NCBI GenBank assembly: GCA_965217035.1
Contig: OZ244226.1
Coordinates: 848,146-912,145 of the forward strand
Origin: Bacteriovoracaceae bacterium
GTDB taxonomy: Bacteria > Bdellovibrionota > Bacteriovoracia > Bacteriovoracales > Bacteriovoracaceae
Direction: 5' to 3'
DNA: 64,000 nt
Part shown: one piece after another, positions 28,148-37,178 of the stretch
Layout: every line of letters starts with the position of its first letter
Position numbering within the stretch: position 1 is the first letter of the stretch
Position numbers and translations under genes: made by a program
Notes under the pieces: model-generated
Told to the model about the DNA's origin: nothing
What the model saw: only the letters and a program-made list of their open reading frames with translations
Databases searched by the model: none

Positions 28148-28539
28148 TTGAAATCTATAAATATCTTTATCGGAATAAAACCGAGAACTTATAACTTCGT
28201 TTCCAAAAAATAATGACAATGTTTATTGGCATCTTGCCTACGAGAACAAATTTATAAACCGGAGTGATTTGATCATAAAATCAAGAAGGCCTTTAAAAAC
28301 CCCGATCTTAGTATTGTGTAATACTAGAAGCTACTTATTTCTAGCATAATGGAAATTAATGGACGACTGCTACTGACTATGCTTCCAAACAAAATATCCT
28401 TGTTGAACTCAATACTTTTATTAATGACTATGACTCAAGTTCGCAAACAAAGAATCTCCATCTTCGTGTCTATTTAAGCTCTGATACTTCGAGTGAATTT
28501 ACTATTGATTCAATAGACATAGACGCAACCCTAAGGTAA

Positions 28540-28950
28540 CTATAATTTTTCTGAAACAAGCTCAAAAGGATAAGAAATGATTACTTTTTCACTTTCTTTA
28601 GAAGGAGAAAAACTCATTTTCCGAATAACGGATCTTAGACAAGTAAACAATGATTGATCTTTAATTTCAGATTGAGCGACTTTAATATTCCGAGTTCGCC
28701 CCCTCTCATCAACGGACCATTGTATGATAAACCTTCCACTCAAATCCGGTTCAAGAATAAGCTTACTTTCATAACAGCCTTGAAGATCAGCTTGAAACTT
28801 TTGCAACTCATCTCGAACTTCACTATTCGAGAGATTCCCCTGAATCTTTATCCAATTTGGAGAACCTGAATTCTTTTTAAGAGGTTTGATTTCAGAACAA
28901 GAAACAAGTCCAAGAATGGCAAATGAGTAAAGTAATAAAAAAAAATTCAT
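28540..28950 (-). CDS. lipoprotein with AgmX/PglI-type (TonB_C-like) C-terminal domain
   Basis: 136 aa. Signal plus lipobox ILGLVSC. LQGCYESKLILEPDLSGRFIIQWSVDERGRTRNIKVAQSEIKDQSLFTCLRSVIRKMSFSP...ISYPFEL matches the Cys-containing AgmX/PglI C-terminal domain pattern common in myxobacteria and Bdellovibrionota. Confidence 0.55.
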   Translation of the reverse strand: MNFFLLLYSFAILGLVSCSEIKPLKKNSGSPNWIKIQGNLSNSEVRDELQKFQADLQGCYESKLILEPDLSGRFIIQWSVDERGRTRNIKVAQSEIKDQSLFTCLRSVIRKMSFSPSKESEKVIISYPFELVSEKL

Positions 28951-29194
28951 AATATTTAGCTATTATTATCAGCCTTTTTAGGCAGATCCGTCTAATGAGA
29001 ATTATTGAAAAAGTAAAACAGTGTTTTTTCAATGCTTTACACTTGAACTTGAGCAAAATACACTGGATTAATGGATATGAAGTGGCTTCGCATATTTGGA
29101 ATGATTGCAATCCTTGGCGCAATTTTTTATATGAAATTTAACCTTGAAGGTAATCAGAATTCTAGTTTCTTTAAACTCTTTTCTCCAAGTCAGA

Positions 29195-30238
29195 ATGTTC
29201 AAAATAAGTAATCTCTTCTTACTTCTACTCTTTTCTTGCTCGATTCATCAAAACTCGAGAGATGAAAATAAAAGCATGACTAAGAAGGAAACGGTCGAAG
29301 ATTTAAAAGTACTCATTTATGCCTTAAAAAAGACTTATGCCGGTCAATACTTCGCTCCAGGCATAAACATAAAAGAACTTTATCGACAATTAAGGAAAAT
29401 TCCTAAAAAAAGAAATCGCCAAATATTACTGGAAAGACTCCAAGCTGTTTTTGCAACTCTACCGGATCGTAGTATAAAAGCTCTAAGCTATCTCAATGAT
29501 CCAAAAGATAAAAAAATTAAACCCTGGAAGTTTGAAGAAACTTCATCGATACAGAAAGAGGGGGCCTACCTCAAAATACCAAGTTTCAAATCTTTAAATT
29601 CTCCTTATTGGGACCGCTTAAAAGATGAACTTGATAAAAATATGAGAAAGAAGTCCTTTCTGATTCTAGACTTGAGGAATTCGGATGGTGATGACGATTC
29701 TGTGGGAATATACCTTGCTCGCTATTTTAATGGAGGAGTTCTCCGTCACCCTATTATTCGCCAACATCATATAAGAACAAAACAATCCTTGAGACTCCTT
29801 AAAAACTATTGGAGCTTGATGAGTCCCAACCAAAAATTTCCCTTCCCTGATTACAAGAAAGGTGAATCGAAAATCTTACCGATAGAATTTCGAAGAGATC
29901 AAAATTCTTATTCTAAAAAATATTCTCCTAATAAAAATCTTTATATTCTTGTAGATGAATCTTGTAAAAAACCTTGTGAAACAACTCTCTATGCTCTAGA
30001 AAAGAATCCTTTAACAAAGATTATCGGGACCAAAACAAAAGGTCAGATTCATTTTGGACATCCAGGACTTTTATTATTACCCAACTCGCAGATTAGTGTT
30101 CTTATCCCTACTTCCTATAATGAGTTTGCAGACGGACGCTTTGAAGAAAAAAGAGGTTTTACACCCGACTTCAATTGTGTGACGAAACAAGGATCGGACG
30201 ATAAGCTGCTTCAACAGCTTTGTGAGACCTATTGGTAA
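29195..30238 (+). CDS. peptidase S41-family (tail-specific protease-like) lipoprotein
   Basis: FLILDLRNSDGDDDSVG sits where S41 enzymes carry LIxDLRxNxGG. Lipobox LLLLFSC after the ATG at 29195; the track start at 29144 is TTG. The 3' end overlaps the convergent PlsC-family gene by 68 nt. Confidence 0.55.
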   Translation: MFKISNLFLLLLFSCSIHQNSRDENKSMTKKETVEDLKVLIYALKKTYAGQYFAPGINIKELYRQLRKIPKKRNRQILLERLQAVFATLPDRSIKALSYLNDPKDKKIKPWKFEETSSIQKEGAYLKIPSFKSLNSPYWDRLKDELDKNMRKKSFLILDLRNSDGDDDSVGIYLARYFNGGVLRHPIIRQHHIRTKQSLRLLKNYWSLMSPNQKFPFPDYKKGESKILPIEFRRDQNSYSKKYSPNKNLYILVDESCKKPCETTLYALEKNPLTKIIGTKTKGQIHFGHPGLLLLPNSQISVLIPTSYNEFADGRFEEKRGFTPDFNCVTKQGSDDKLLQQLCETYW

Positions 30239-30905
30239 GAGCCTCAATATCTTCAAAATCAGACGTTTCAAGAATTTCGAGAAAGTTCACTTCAACTTCG
30301 ACACTGAAAAAAGTTAAAACTTTAAAAAAATGATCGGCCATCGTCATTTCTCCATACCAAAAGAGGAAGTCTTTCGTATGCTGGTCAACTGGCTCTCCAT
30401 TAATCTTTGTGTAGTTCACAACGTGAAGCAGAACCGGAGTGTTTTGATTCATCGCAGGCTGAAACATCGGCTTACGAAAAGGAAGAACTCCCGTTCCATC
30501 GCCTGTTGTTGCTTCAGCATAAAGAGCAACGCTTACTCCGTTCGCAAGGGATTTTTCGATATCCTTAAGTTCCTTTAATCGATCGTTTGGATCTCTTTTT
30601 TCTTTTCTTCTTTCAACAAAAACACATCCAGCCATTTCAGTTAAGAAGCCAACTCCCAAGGTTTCCTTCATTTCAAAAGAAGTAATAAAGCTGACAGGAT
30701 AAATAGATGAGAGAACAAAAATATCAAGATAAGAAAGATGATTTCCAACAACAAGGAAGTTTTGATGATTCTCTGTTAACTTTTTCCCTTTCACAACTCT
30801 TTTTATATTAAGAATAAAGCAAATAGTTTTAGTAATGAGAGAAAGCCATCTTCCGAGATATTTTCTTATTCCATAAGGGTTTAATTTATAAAAAGGATAA
30901 AACAA
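30171..30905 (-). CDS. lysophospholipid/1-acyl-glycerol-3-phosphate acyltransferase family (PlsC/AGPAT-like) protein
   Basis: The HX4D motif VVGNHLSYLD, block III YAEATTGDG, and VLPFRKP are present. 30905 is a TTG start. The frame stays open upstream to 31007 and encodes a hydrophobic helix with no canonical start (see findings). Confidence 0.8.
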   Translation of the reverse strand: MFYPFYKLNPYGIRKYLGRWLSLITKTICFILNIKRVVKGKKLTENHQNFLVVGNHLSYLDIFVLSSIYPVSFITSFEMKETLGVGFLTEMAGCVFVERRKEKRDPNDRLKELKDIEKSLANGVSVALYAEATTGDGTGVLPFRKPMFQPAMNQNTPVLLHVVNYTKINGEPVDQHTKDFLFWYGEMTMADHFFKVLTFFSVEVEVNFLEILETSDFEDIEALTNRSHKAVEAAYRPILVSSHN

Positions 30906-30994
30906 TAATGAAATTGCTATATAAAGAAAAAGAGTAACGAGAAAAAGAGAAAGCTTTAACGCTATTAATAAATAAGAAATAATCTCTCTCCTCT

Positions 30995-31786
30995 CTATGC
31001 TTGGACTTCAGACTCCTTAAAATTATGCCATGCAATTTTTAACTTTTTAATAGCTTTTAAGAAGGTTCTAGATACCACGCTCCACAAGCTCATAGTTCCA
31101 ATTTGAAGGACCTCATCGCCTGTATTGAAATTAATTAGTTTCTTATAAAAAATATTATATAAACTCTCTCGATGATAAAACTGGAGGTCACCTTCCGATT
31201 TTTCAAAAATATTTCCAGTCACACTATTTTTGAAAATATTTTTATCATCATCAAACTTTGCAGACTCAGGAATATACATTTCAGCTCTAAAATTTTTACT
31301 AATTTCTTGAACAAGAATATAATGCTGAAGACTAGGGCAAACTTGGTAACGAGGAGATGGATAAACCTCATCAAAATATTTTGCAACATTACCTAAACTT
31401 GATAAAACACAAGCAAGATTCGAAATCCAAACCTTCTTGAAAAGTGCATTTCTTAAAAGATAGCCCGTTAATAATTTTGCGACTAGTTTTTGTGAAACTT
31501 TTCGACCTCGATACTGACTCTTAACACATGTAAGCCCTAGATGAAGAATTTTTCTTCCTCCAATATGAAAGATTAGAGAAGAGACAAAACCGATAGGGAC
31601 TTTTCCATCGTGAGCGATAACAACCATGTTCTCAACATCTTGACTTTGATTGTCTGAAAAAATTTGATAATTAGGAACTTCTCCAAGACATTCCAAGGCA
31701 ACTTCCTCCATGTCTCCTCTTAAAGCTTGAAATGATTTATCTGAAAGTCTTCTATTGGCCGAGTTGTGGAACTTGTAAGTAATCAT
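30995..31786 (-). CDS. GNAT-fold acyltransferase, unknown substrate
   Basis: 263 aa. LHLGLTCVKSQYRGRKVSQKLVAKL fits the GNAT motif A (Q/RxxGxG/A-like acyl-CoA loop). AGGAGG SD upstream of the ATG. Lies immediately upstream of the PlsC-family gene on the same strand. Confidence 0.5.
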   Translation of the reverse strand: MITYKFHNSANRRLSDKSFQALRGDMEEVALECLGEVPNYQIFSDNQSQDVENMVVIAHDGKVPIGFVSSLIFHIGGRKILHLGLTCVKSQYRGRKVSQKLVAKLLTGYLLRNALFKKVWISNLACVLSSLGNVAKYFDEVYPSPRYQVCPSLQHYILVQEISKNFRAEMYIPESAKFDDDKNIFKNSVTGNIFEKSEGDLQFYHRESLYNIFYKKLINFNTGDEVLQIGTMSLWSVVSRTFLKAIKKLKIAWHNFKESEVQA

Positions 31787-31805
31787 AACTAACCTCCTGT
31801 TAGTT
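31787..31805 (-). promoter_or_regulatory. 7-bp hairpin presenting the SD of the GNAT gene in its loop, abutting the start codon
   Basis: The minus strand reads AACTAAC-AGGAG-GTTAGTT-ATG. The arms are 31805-31799 and 31793-31787, and the loop is the AGGAG SD. Confidence 0.3.
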
Positions 31806-31886
31806 CTATTATAAAAAAAAGAATAATCTTGGATAAGTAGAGTCGGTTAAGTAAGAGTGAAACTTATTTTAAGGTTCTGTTAAGGA

Positions 31887-32612
31887 CTATTTCCTCTTCT
31901 TCATGATGAAGAAAGCCACGACGCCAATCAGTATAATAATATAAAGAAAAGTGTCTTTCCCATCAGAAATTGAATTGCCTGAATTCCCTTGTTGACGATT
32001 TCTTGATGAAATTTCAACTAATTCATCAGGAAGTGACTGAATGTTCTCGAAGATATTATCATCAGAACCTTTCCCAACTTTTGCAATTGAACCAGCCTTA
32101 TAATCAGTCCCTCTTTCTCTCTTTACCCTCAGACTATTTACTATTTTTTCAAAAACTTTTTGATAGTTTCTGTATTCTCTTCGAGAAACAGAAAAAGTCA
32201 TTGCCACACCAAGATCTTCTTTTACGGTCGCTAAGTAGCGTGTATAGAAGCCAGGTATTTCACTTGAAAGATGAAGTGCATCTACCCAGCGGTGCCCGTT
32301 AACTTCGTTAACTTTATCAGACTTAGGATCTGAAACCTGCACCTTGCCACCTGGAAGTTTGTAAGTTTTCTTATTTTTTAGATAGCTTTGGTAATACTCC
32401 AGCGTATCCATCTTTCCACGTTTTTTAGCAGCAAAAATAATAATTGCTTCTTGGCCTCGTTCTTTTACCGTACTTTGACAAACCCACTCTGCACCTTCCA
32501 TTTGGCATTCCCAACCAATCGGAAGTTCAAATTCAATAAAGTTATTAGAAAAGCGTTTACCGAAAAGAGGTGAACTAACAAACAAAAGAACAATAAGAGA
32601 GATTAACTTCAT
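31887..32612 (-). CDS. secreted protein with C-terminal membrane anchor, unknown function
   Basis: 241 aa. Signal MKLISLIVLLFVSSPLFG. C-terminal helix FLYIIILIGVVAFFIM followed by KKRK. ATGA overlap with the upstream gene. Confidence 0.55.
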   Translation of the reverse strand: MKLISLIVLLFVSSPLFGKRFSNNFIEFELPIGWECQMEGAEWVCQSTVKERGQEAIIIFAAKKRGKMDTLEYYQSYLKNKKTYKLPGGKVQVSDPKSDKVNEVNGHRWVDALHLSSEIPGFYTRYLATVKEDLGVAMTFSVSRREYRNYQKVFEKIVNSLRVKRERGTDYKAGSIAKVGKGSDDNIFENIQSLPDELVEISSRNRQQGNSGNSISDGKDTFLYIIILIGVVAFFIMKKRK

Positions 32613-33208
32613 ACTACTAATTGGTGTCTCAAATCTTTAATTTCAAAATGATTTTGCTGATCGAAGGTTAAGAAACTTTTACCTTCCTGCCAGTCATAGG
32701 ATCGATTAAGAAATAGTGAGAACCCCTTTACCTTTATTTCTACAGGTAGGATAAATTCCTTTGCTGCTCTTTGTAAAGCTTCCTCCAAGTCCTTCTCATT
32801 ATGAAACTTTCCAAGAACAAGATAGGGCTTTCTCGCCTCTTTATTCTTTATCGTTTTAGTATAGTTTTTCTTGATATCGTTGATCGACTCTAGACAATAT
32901 TCCAAGTTTGTTGAAAGAGTTGGATTTAAATAAAGCAGAAACTTTTTCTTATTTTGATAAACCCCAAAGTTTTGAAATTTTATATAATCACTTTCTGATC
33001 GATCGATAAAGAAAGATTGAAACTCTTCTTCAAACTCATCAAAGACCTTGTGAGAATCATGATCTTTAAGTTCAAAAGGAGCAATAAGAGGTAAATGAAT
33101 GGGAGTGAATGAAAGATCGAGAGAGAGACGTTTTTTAAAATTCTTAACCTTTTGGATAAAGTTAGAATCTTCGAATTTACTAACGACGAGGAACTTTGTT
33201 TTTTCCAT
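32609..33208 (-). CDS. hypothetical cytoplasmic protein
   Basis: 199 aa. AAGGAG SD upstream of the ATG. No signal peptide and no convincing motif. Confidence 0.5.
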   Translation of the reverse strand: MEKTKFLVVSKFEDSNFIQKVKNFKKRLSLDLSFTPIHLPLIAPFELKDHDSHKVFDEFEEEFQSFFIDRSESDYIKFQNFGVYQNKKKFLLYLNPTLSTNLEYCLESINDIKKNYTKTIKNKEARKPYLVLGKFHNEKDLEEALQRAAKEFILPVEIKVKGFSLFLNRSYDWQEGKSFLTFDQQNHFEIKDLRHQLVV

Positions 33209-33252
33209 AAACCACTCCTTGGTAATGGAAGAGCTCGCACCTGAGCCCTCTC

Positions 33253-34539
33253 TTATTTTATAGCATAAAAAGTTGCAGAATTTCCAAGCTTCTCTTCAAT
33301 TCTTAACAACTGATTATATTTCTCTAAGCGATCTGATCGACTCGCAGAGCCTGTCTTTATATGACCTGCTCTTGTTGCAACTGCTAGGTCAGCAATAAAA
33401 CTATCTGAAGTCTCACCAGATCGATGACTAATGATCGCGCTAAAATTATTTTTAAAAGCAAGATCAATTGCACTAAATGTCTCAGTCAGAGAACCTATTT
33501 GATTCACTTTCACAAGGATTGAATTAGCCTGCTTCTTTTCGATTCCCTCTGCGAGAATTTTTTTATTTGTCACAAAGAGGTCATCACCCACAATAACGAC
33601 CTTGCCCCCAATCCTCTTAGTAAGCTCTGTCCACCCCTCTTTATCATGTTCAGAAAGGCCGTCTTCAATTGAATAGATGGGGTAATTTGTAGCAAGTTTC
33701 TCAAGATAGTCAATCATCTCAATAGAAGTGAGCTTTGATCCGTCAGAGAAACTATAATTATTATCAGTATCACCAAACTCGCTGGCCGCGACATCAAGCG
33801 AAATCTTAATATCAGTTCCTGCTTTATAGCCTGCATTCTCAATCGCTTGAAGGATCAATTCAATTGCTTCGTCATGAGTTTTAAGATTTGGAGCAAAGCC
33901 ACCTTCATCACCAACATTCGTTGAATAACCTTTTGAATTAAGTACTTTTTTAAGATTATGAAAAATCTCAACGCCTGCTCTTAGATTTTCACTAAACGAT
34001 TTATTCATACAGGGAAGAATCATAAACTCTTGAAAGTCTAAATTATTCGAAGCATGTTCTCCTCCATTGATGATATTCATCAATGGAGCTGGAAGATGGG
34101 CACCTGTAGAGAATTGAGGGGCCTTGAGATCCGACTCTAGGTATTCATAAAGAGCTTTTCCTTTTGCAAGAGCACCAGCTCTTGCCGCCGCCAAGCTAAC
34201 ACCAAGGATTGCATTCGCTCCAAGGTTTTCCTTATTTTCCGTTCCGTCTAAGTCCAACATTTTCTGGTCGAGTCCGGCTTGATCAAAAACATCAAAGCCC
34301 TCTAATGCTGGCGCCATTTTTGTATTAATATTTTCAATAGCTTTTCCGACAGACTTCCCTAAGAAGAAAGACTTATCACCATCTCGAAGCTCGAGCGCTT
34401 CTCTCGTTCCTGTTGAAGCCCCTGAAGGAACAGCGGCCCTTCCAAGTTTTCCACAAGTTGTAGTGAGATCGACTTCGACTGTTGGATTCCCTCTTGAATC
34501 AAGAATCTGTCGTGCGTGAACATTAGCGATTTTAGACAT
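33253..34539 (-). CDS. eno: enolase (phosphopyruvate hydratase)
   Basis: 428 aa. [25 protein letters not shown]..., [15 protein letters not shown] and [22 protein letters not shown] are near-invariant enolase blocks. Confidence 0.97.
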   Translation of the reverse strand: MSKIANVHARQILDSRGNPTVEVDLTTTCGKLGRAAVPSGASTGTREALELRDGDKSFFLGKSVGKAIENINTKMAPALEGFDVFDQAGLDQKMLDLDGTENKENLGANAILGVSLAAARAGALAKGKALYEYLESDLKAPQFSTGAHLPAPLMNIINGGEHASNNLDFQEFMILPCMNKSFSENLRAGVEIFHNLKKVLNSKGYSTNVGDEGGFAPNLKTHDEAIELILQAIENAGYKAGTDIKISLDVAASEFGDTDNNYSFSDGSKLTSIEMIDYLEKLATNYPIYSIEDGLSEHDKEGWTELTKRIGGKVVIVGDDLFVTNKKILAEGIEKKQANSILVKVNQIGSLTETFSAIDLAFKNNFSAIISHRSGETSDSFIADLAVATRAGHIKTGSASRSDRLEKYNQLLRIEEKLGNSATFYAIK

Positions 34540-34622
34540 TGCACCCTCGCATCTATAATTTTAAACCGAATATTGGAATTTTTATATCAAAATTTCTTAT
34601 TGAGGGTCAATGCCTGACTCTA

Positions 34623-35765
34623 TCAGGCCACTTTTTTAGGCTTTAAACCTCTTATATCGCGCGCCCAGTCTGGCATCTGAAATTTTGAGCTCGGAAATGG
34701 TAGCTTATTAACCTTAATCTCATGGAAAAAAGTTGGAAGATATTGGCAAGGAACAAGCTCCCCCGTTAACTCTCCTGTTTTATCATCACGACCTTTCTGA
34801 ACCCATTCATAAATATGACGGATATTATAGCCTCCGTCTTCTCGAATTCCGAGCACTTCAGAAATATACGCGATTCGACGTTTTCCATCAGAAAATCTTT
34901 TGGTTTGAACAATCATATCAAGAGCATTTGTGATCATAAGCTTTAACGAACTCGCAGGGATTTGCGTCCCTGATAAAAGACAAAGAGTCTCAAGTCTCAA
35001 GCAAGCTTCTGAAGGATTATTCGCATGAACAGTTCCCATACTTCCGTCATGTCCGGTATTCATTGCATTTACGAGATCAAGGGCTTCATCACCTCTAACT
35101 TCTCCAACAATAATTCGATCAGGCCTAAGTCTCATCGCAGAATGAAGAAGATCTCGAATCGTTACTCCTTCAATATTGGCGAGTAAGTTTTCTTTTCTCG
35201 TAACAAATTGAACGATATGTTTCCCTTCAATTTCAAGTTCTTTTGTATCTTCAACAACGATCACTCGCTGATGACCAGGAACTCTTGAAGCAACAACATT
35301 TAACAAAGTTGTTTTTCCAGAACCTGTCCCACCTGAAACAAGAATATTTTTTCCGAGATAAACACAGATATCCAGAAAACGAGCAGCGTCTTCTGAAAGA
35401 GATCCCCAAGCGACAAGATCTTTTAAAAGAACTTGCTCCTTAAAAAACTTACGTATTGAAAAAGTTGTTCCATTTTGAGCAATGGGAGGAAGAACTGCTG
35501 CAATCCTTGAACCATCAGGCAAATGAGCATCAAGTCGAGGGTTTTCAGAATCAAACTTCTTTCCTACCGTTTGAGCAATTGCTCTCATCGCCGCCATCAC
35601 ATCATCTTCTGTTTTGAATTTATTTTTTACGAGGTGAAGTTTACCACCTCTTTCAACATAAATTTCGTCATGCCCATTAACCATAACTTCAGAGATCGAA
35701 TCATCATCTAAGAGATCATTGATTGGAGCGAGAAAATTTTTAATAGCGTCTTTAAATACACTCAT
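34623..35765 (-). CDS. cpaF: CpaF/TadA-family type II/IV secretion ATPase
   Basis: 380 aa. EVMVNG...IYVERGG, Walker A VSGGTGSGKTTLLN, Walker B/Asp box VIVVEDTKEL, and His box RLRPDRIIVGEVRGDEA...AMNTGHDGSMGTVHAN are present. Confidence 0.85.
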   Translation of the reverse strand: MSVFKDAIKNFLAPINDLLDDDSISEVMVNGHDEIYVERGGKLHLVKNKFKTEDDVMAAMRAIAQTVGKKFDSENPRLDAHLPDGSRIAAVLPPIAQNGTTFSIRKFFKEQVLLKDLVAWGSLSEDAARFLDICVYLGKNILVSGGTGSGKTTLLNVVASRVPGHQRVIVVEDTKELEIEGKHIVQFVTRKENLLANIEGVTIRDLLHSAMRLRPDRIIVGEVRGDEALDLVNAMNTGHDGSMGTVHANNPSEACLRLETLCLLSGTQIPASSLKLMITNALDMIVQTKRFSDGKRRIAYISEVLGIREDGGYNIRHIYEWVQKGRDDKTGELTGELVPCQYLPTFFHEIKVNKLPFPSSKFQMPDWARDIRGLKPKKVA

Positions 35766-35768
35766 GAA

Positions 35769-36209
35769 TTAGTCTTCTGGAACCCATTCCGTTTCAACTT
35801 CACTGGCTAAGCTTCTATTAATTGGCATTGTTTTGAGCTGTTTTCTTTTGCCTTCATTCTTCCCGAGAACAACAATTTTTCCTTTTCCTGCAAAACCTGG
35901 ACAATAATAATTAAACTCTCCTGGCTTATCGAAAACAGTTTCTCCCTCAGTAACTTTACCTAACTTAGCAGACATAAAAAGATTATGACTCTGTAGTAGC
36001 ATGCATTGAGGCTCTGCCAGAGTTGAAGTAACAAAAAAACGGATTTTTTCTCCTTCAAAAGCAAAAAGATGATCTGGATAATATCCTTCAGGAGTCACGA
36101 TGATTGAAAATGACCGCTCCGGATATTCAAACTTTTTAAAAGAATGATGATCGTATTCTGTCGCAATCGAAGAAAAAACAATTAAGAATCCAAGTATTAG
36201 CGCTTTCAT
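35769..36209 (-). CDS. secreted cupredoxin-fold-like protein (no canonical copper ligand set seen)
   Basis: 146 aa. GGAGG SD. Signal peptide. YPDHLFAFEGEKIRFFVTS ... PGEFNYYCPGFAGKGKIVVLG follows the strand pattern of plastocyanin/EfeO-type cupredoxins, but the His/Met ligands are not evident. Confidence 0.35.
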   Translation of the reverse strand: MKALILGFLIVFSSIATEYDHHSFKKFEYPERSFSIIVTPEGYYPDHLFAFEGEKIRFFVTSTLAEPQCMLLQSHNLFMSAKLGKVTEGETVFDKPGEFNYYCPGFAGKGKIVVLGKNEGKRKQLKTMPINRSLASEVETEWVPED

Positions 36210-36284
36210 GGATTACCTCCATGTATCTTTTCGTCCTGTAATTCTTGGTATCTGAGCAGACTGATAAGAACGGAAAATCTTGCT

Positions 36285-37178
36285 TTACTGGAGGTCGAGA
36301 GTCAGGTTTTTAAGAGCATAAAAGGCTTCAGTGCCTTCTGAGTTGTCGTATTTTTTAAGTTCTACACAGCGACCATTATGGACGTAATCTTCTTTTCCAC
36401 TATTCATTATCCCAATAAGCTCATAGGTCTTAGCATCAAAAACAGGAGAACCAGAGCTGCCTTCAAAAGCATCAAGATTTGAAAAGTAGAACTGGCCTAA
36501 AAAATCTAAAACTTCTCCCTTGGTACTTACTCTCATTGGTAACCCCATTGGAAATCCCACCATAAAAACTTCCTTAACATTTTCTTTTTTAGAAATTTTC
36601 AAAACAGGACGATTTGTTTTTTTATTGAGTTGAATTAGAACGTAATCATCTTCAAAATAATCAGTAGAGTGAAAAGATCCTTTATGAGCAAGAACTCTTT
36701 CACAGTGAAAAATATTTTCTTTCTTTCTTTTGCTTGATCGATAACCAAACATCCATGAGAAATTACGGCATCCCATTAACAAAGTCTGCTCTTCTGTCGT
36801 CCCTTCTCCTTCAAGACAATGAAGAGTTGTCAGAAGCTTATCTTCACCAACAAGAAAAGCTGCACAAGCTCCCTCTATTCTTTTTTGTCCATAATAAGGA
36901 ACTGATTTACAAAGCTTCTCTTTCGATTTTTCTCCCGGTCGAGAGAAACGTCTTTTCTCATAATATGGGATCTCAGATATATCCATTGAAATCTTTTTAA
37001 AACGAGAGAAAATTCTTTTCTTATTTTTCGGAATACGGACGGCAATAGATTTTGAAAGTTCTAAAATCTTCTTATCACTTAAACTCGTCACAGGTTTGAT
37101 ATCATTTCTTCCATAAATAGCGTCTGGAGCTGCATGAGCGAGAAAAGGAATGATAAAAAAGAGTCCTAAGATCTTCAT
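36285..37178 (-). CDS. secreted trypsin-like (S1/V8-type) serine protease
   Basis: Signal MKILGLFFIIPFLAHA. The catalytic triad contexts are LTTLHCL (His), DDYVLIQL (Asp) and GSSGSPVF (Ser). Confidence 0.75.
   Translation of the reverse strand: MKILGLFFIIPFLAHAAPDAIYGRNDIKPVTSLSDKKILELSKSIAVRIPKNKKRIFSRFKKISMDISEIPYYEKRRFSRPGEKSKEKLCKSVPYYGQKRIEGACAAFLVGEDKLLTTLHCLEGEGTTEEQTLLMGCRNFSWMFGYRSSKRKKENIFHCERVLAHKGSFHSTDYFEDDYVLIQLNKKTNRPVLKISKKENVKEVFMVGFPMGLPMRVSTKGEVLDFLGQFYFSNLDAFEGSSGSPVFDAKTYELIGIMNSGKEDYVHNGRCVELKKYDNSEGTEAFYALKNLTLDLQ

Noticed and set aside
28349-28477. 42-aa hydrophobic ORF (MEINGRLLLTMLPNKISLLNSILLLMTMTQVRKQRISIFVSI) in the long spacer
   Set aside because: It has no SD, is very short, and its composition is typical of random AT-rich frames. 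It is kept only as part of the non-coding-gap finding.
32609-33208. 2H phosphoesterase/LigT-like assignment for the 199-aa protein
   Set aside because: The two HxT/S motifs that define the 2H family are absent; the sequence has only HLPL and FHNE. It is left as hypothetical.
35769-36209. Calling the cupredoxin-like protein a blue-copper protein
   Set aside because: The single Cys (YYCPG) is not accompanied by the His...Cys...His...Met ligand pattern, so only a fold-level resemblance is claimed.
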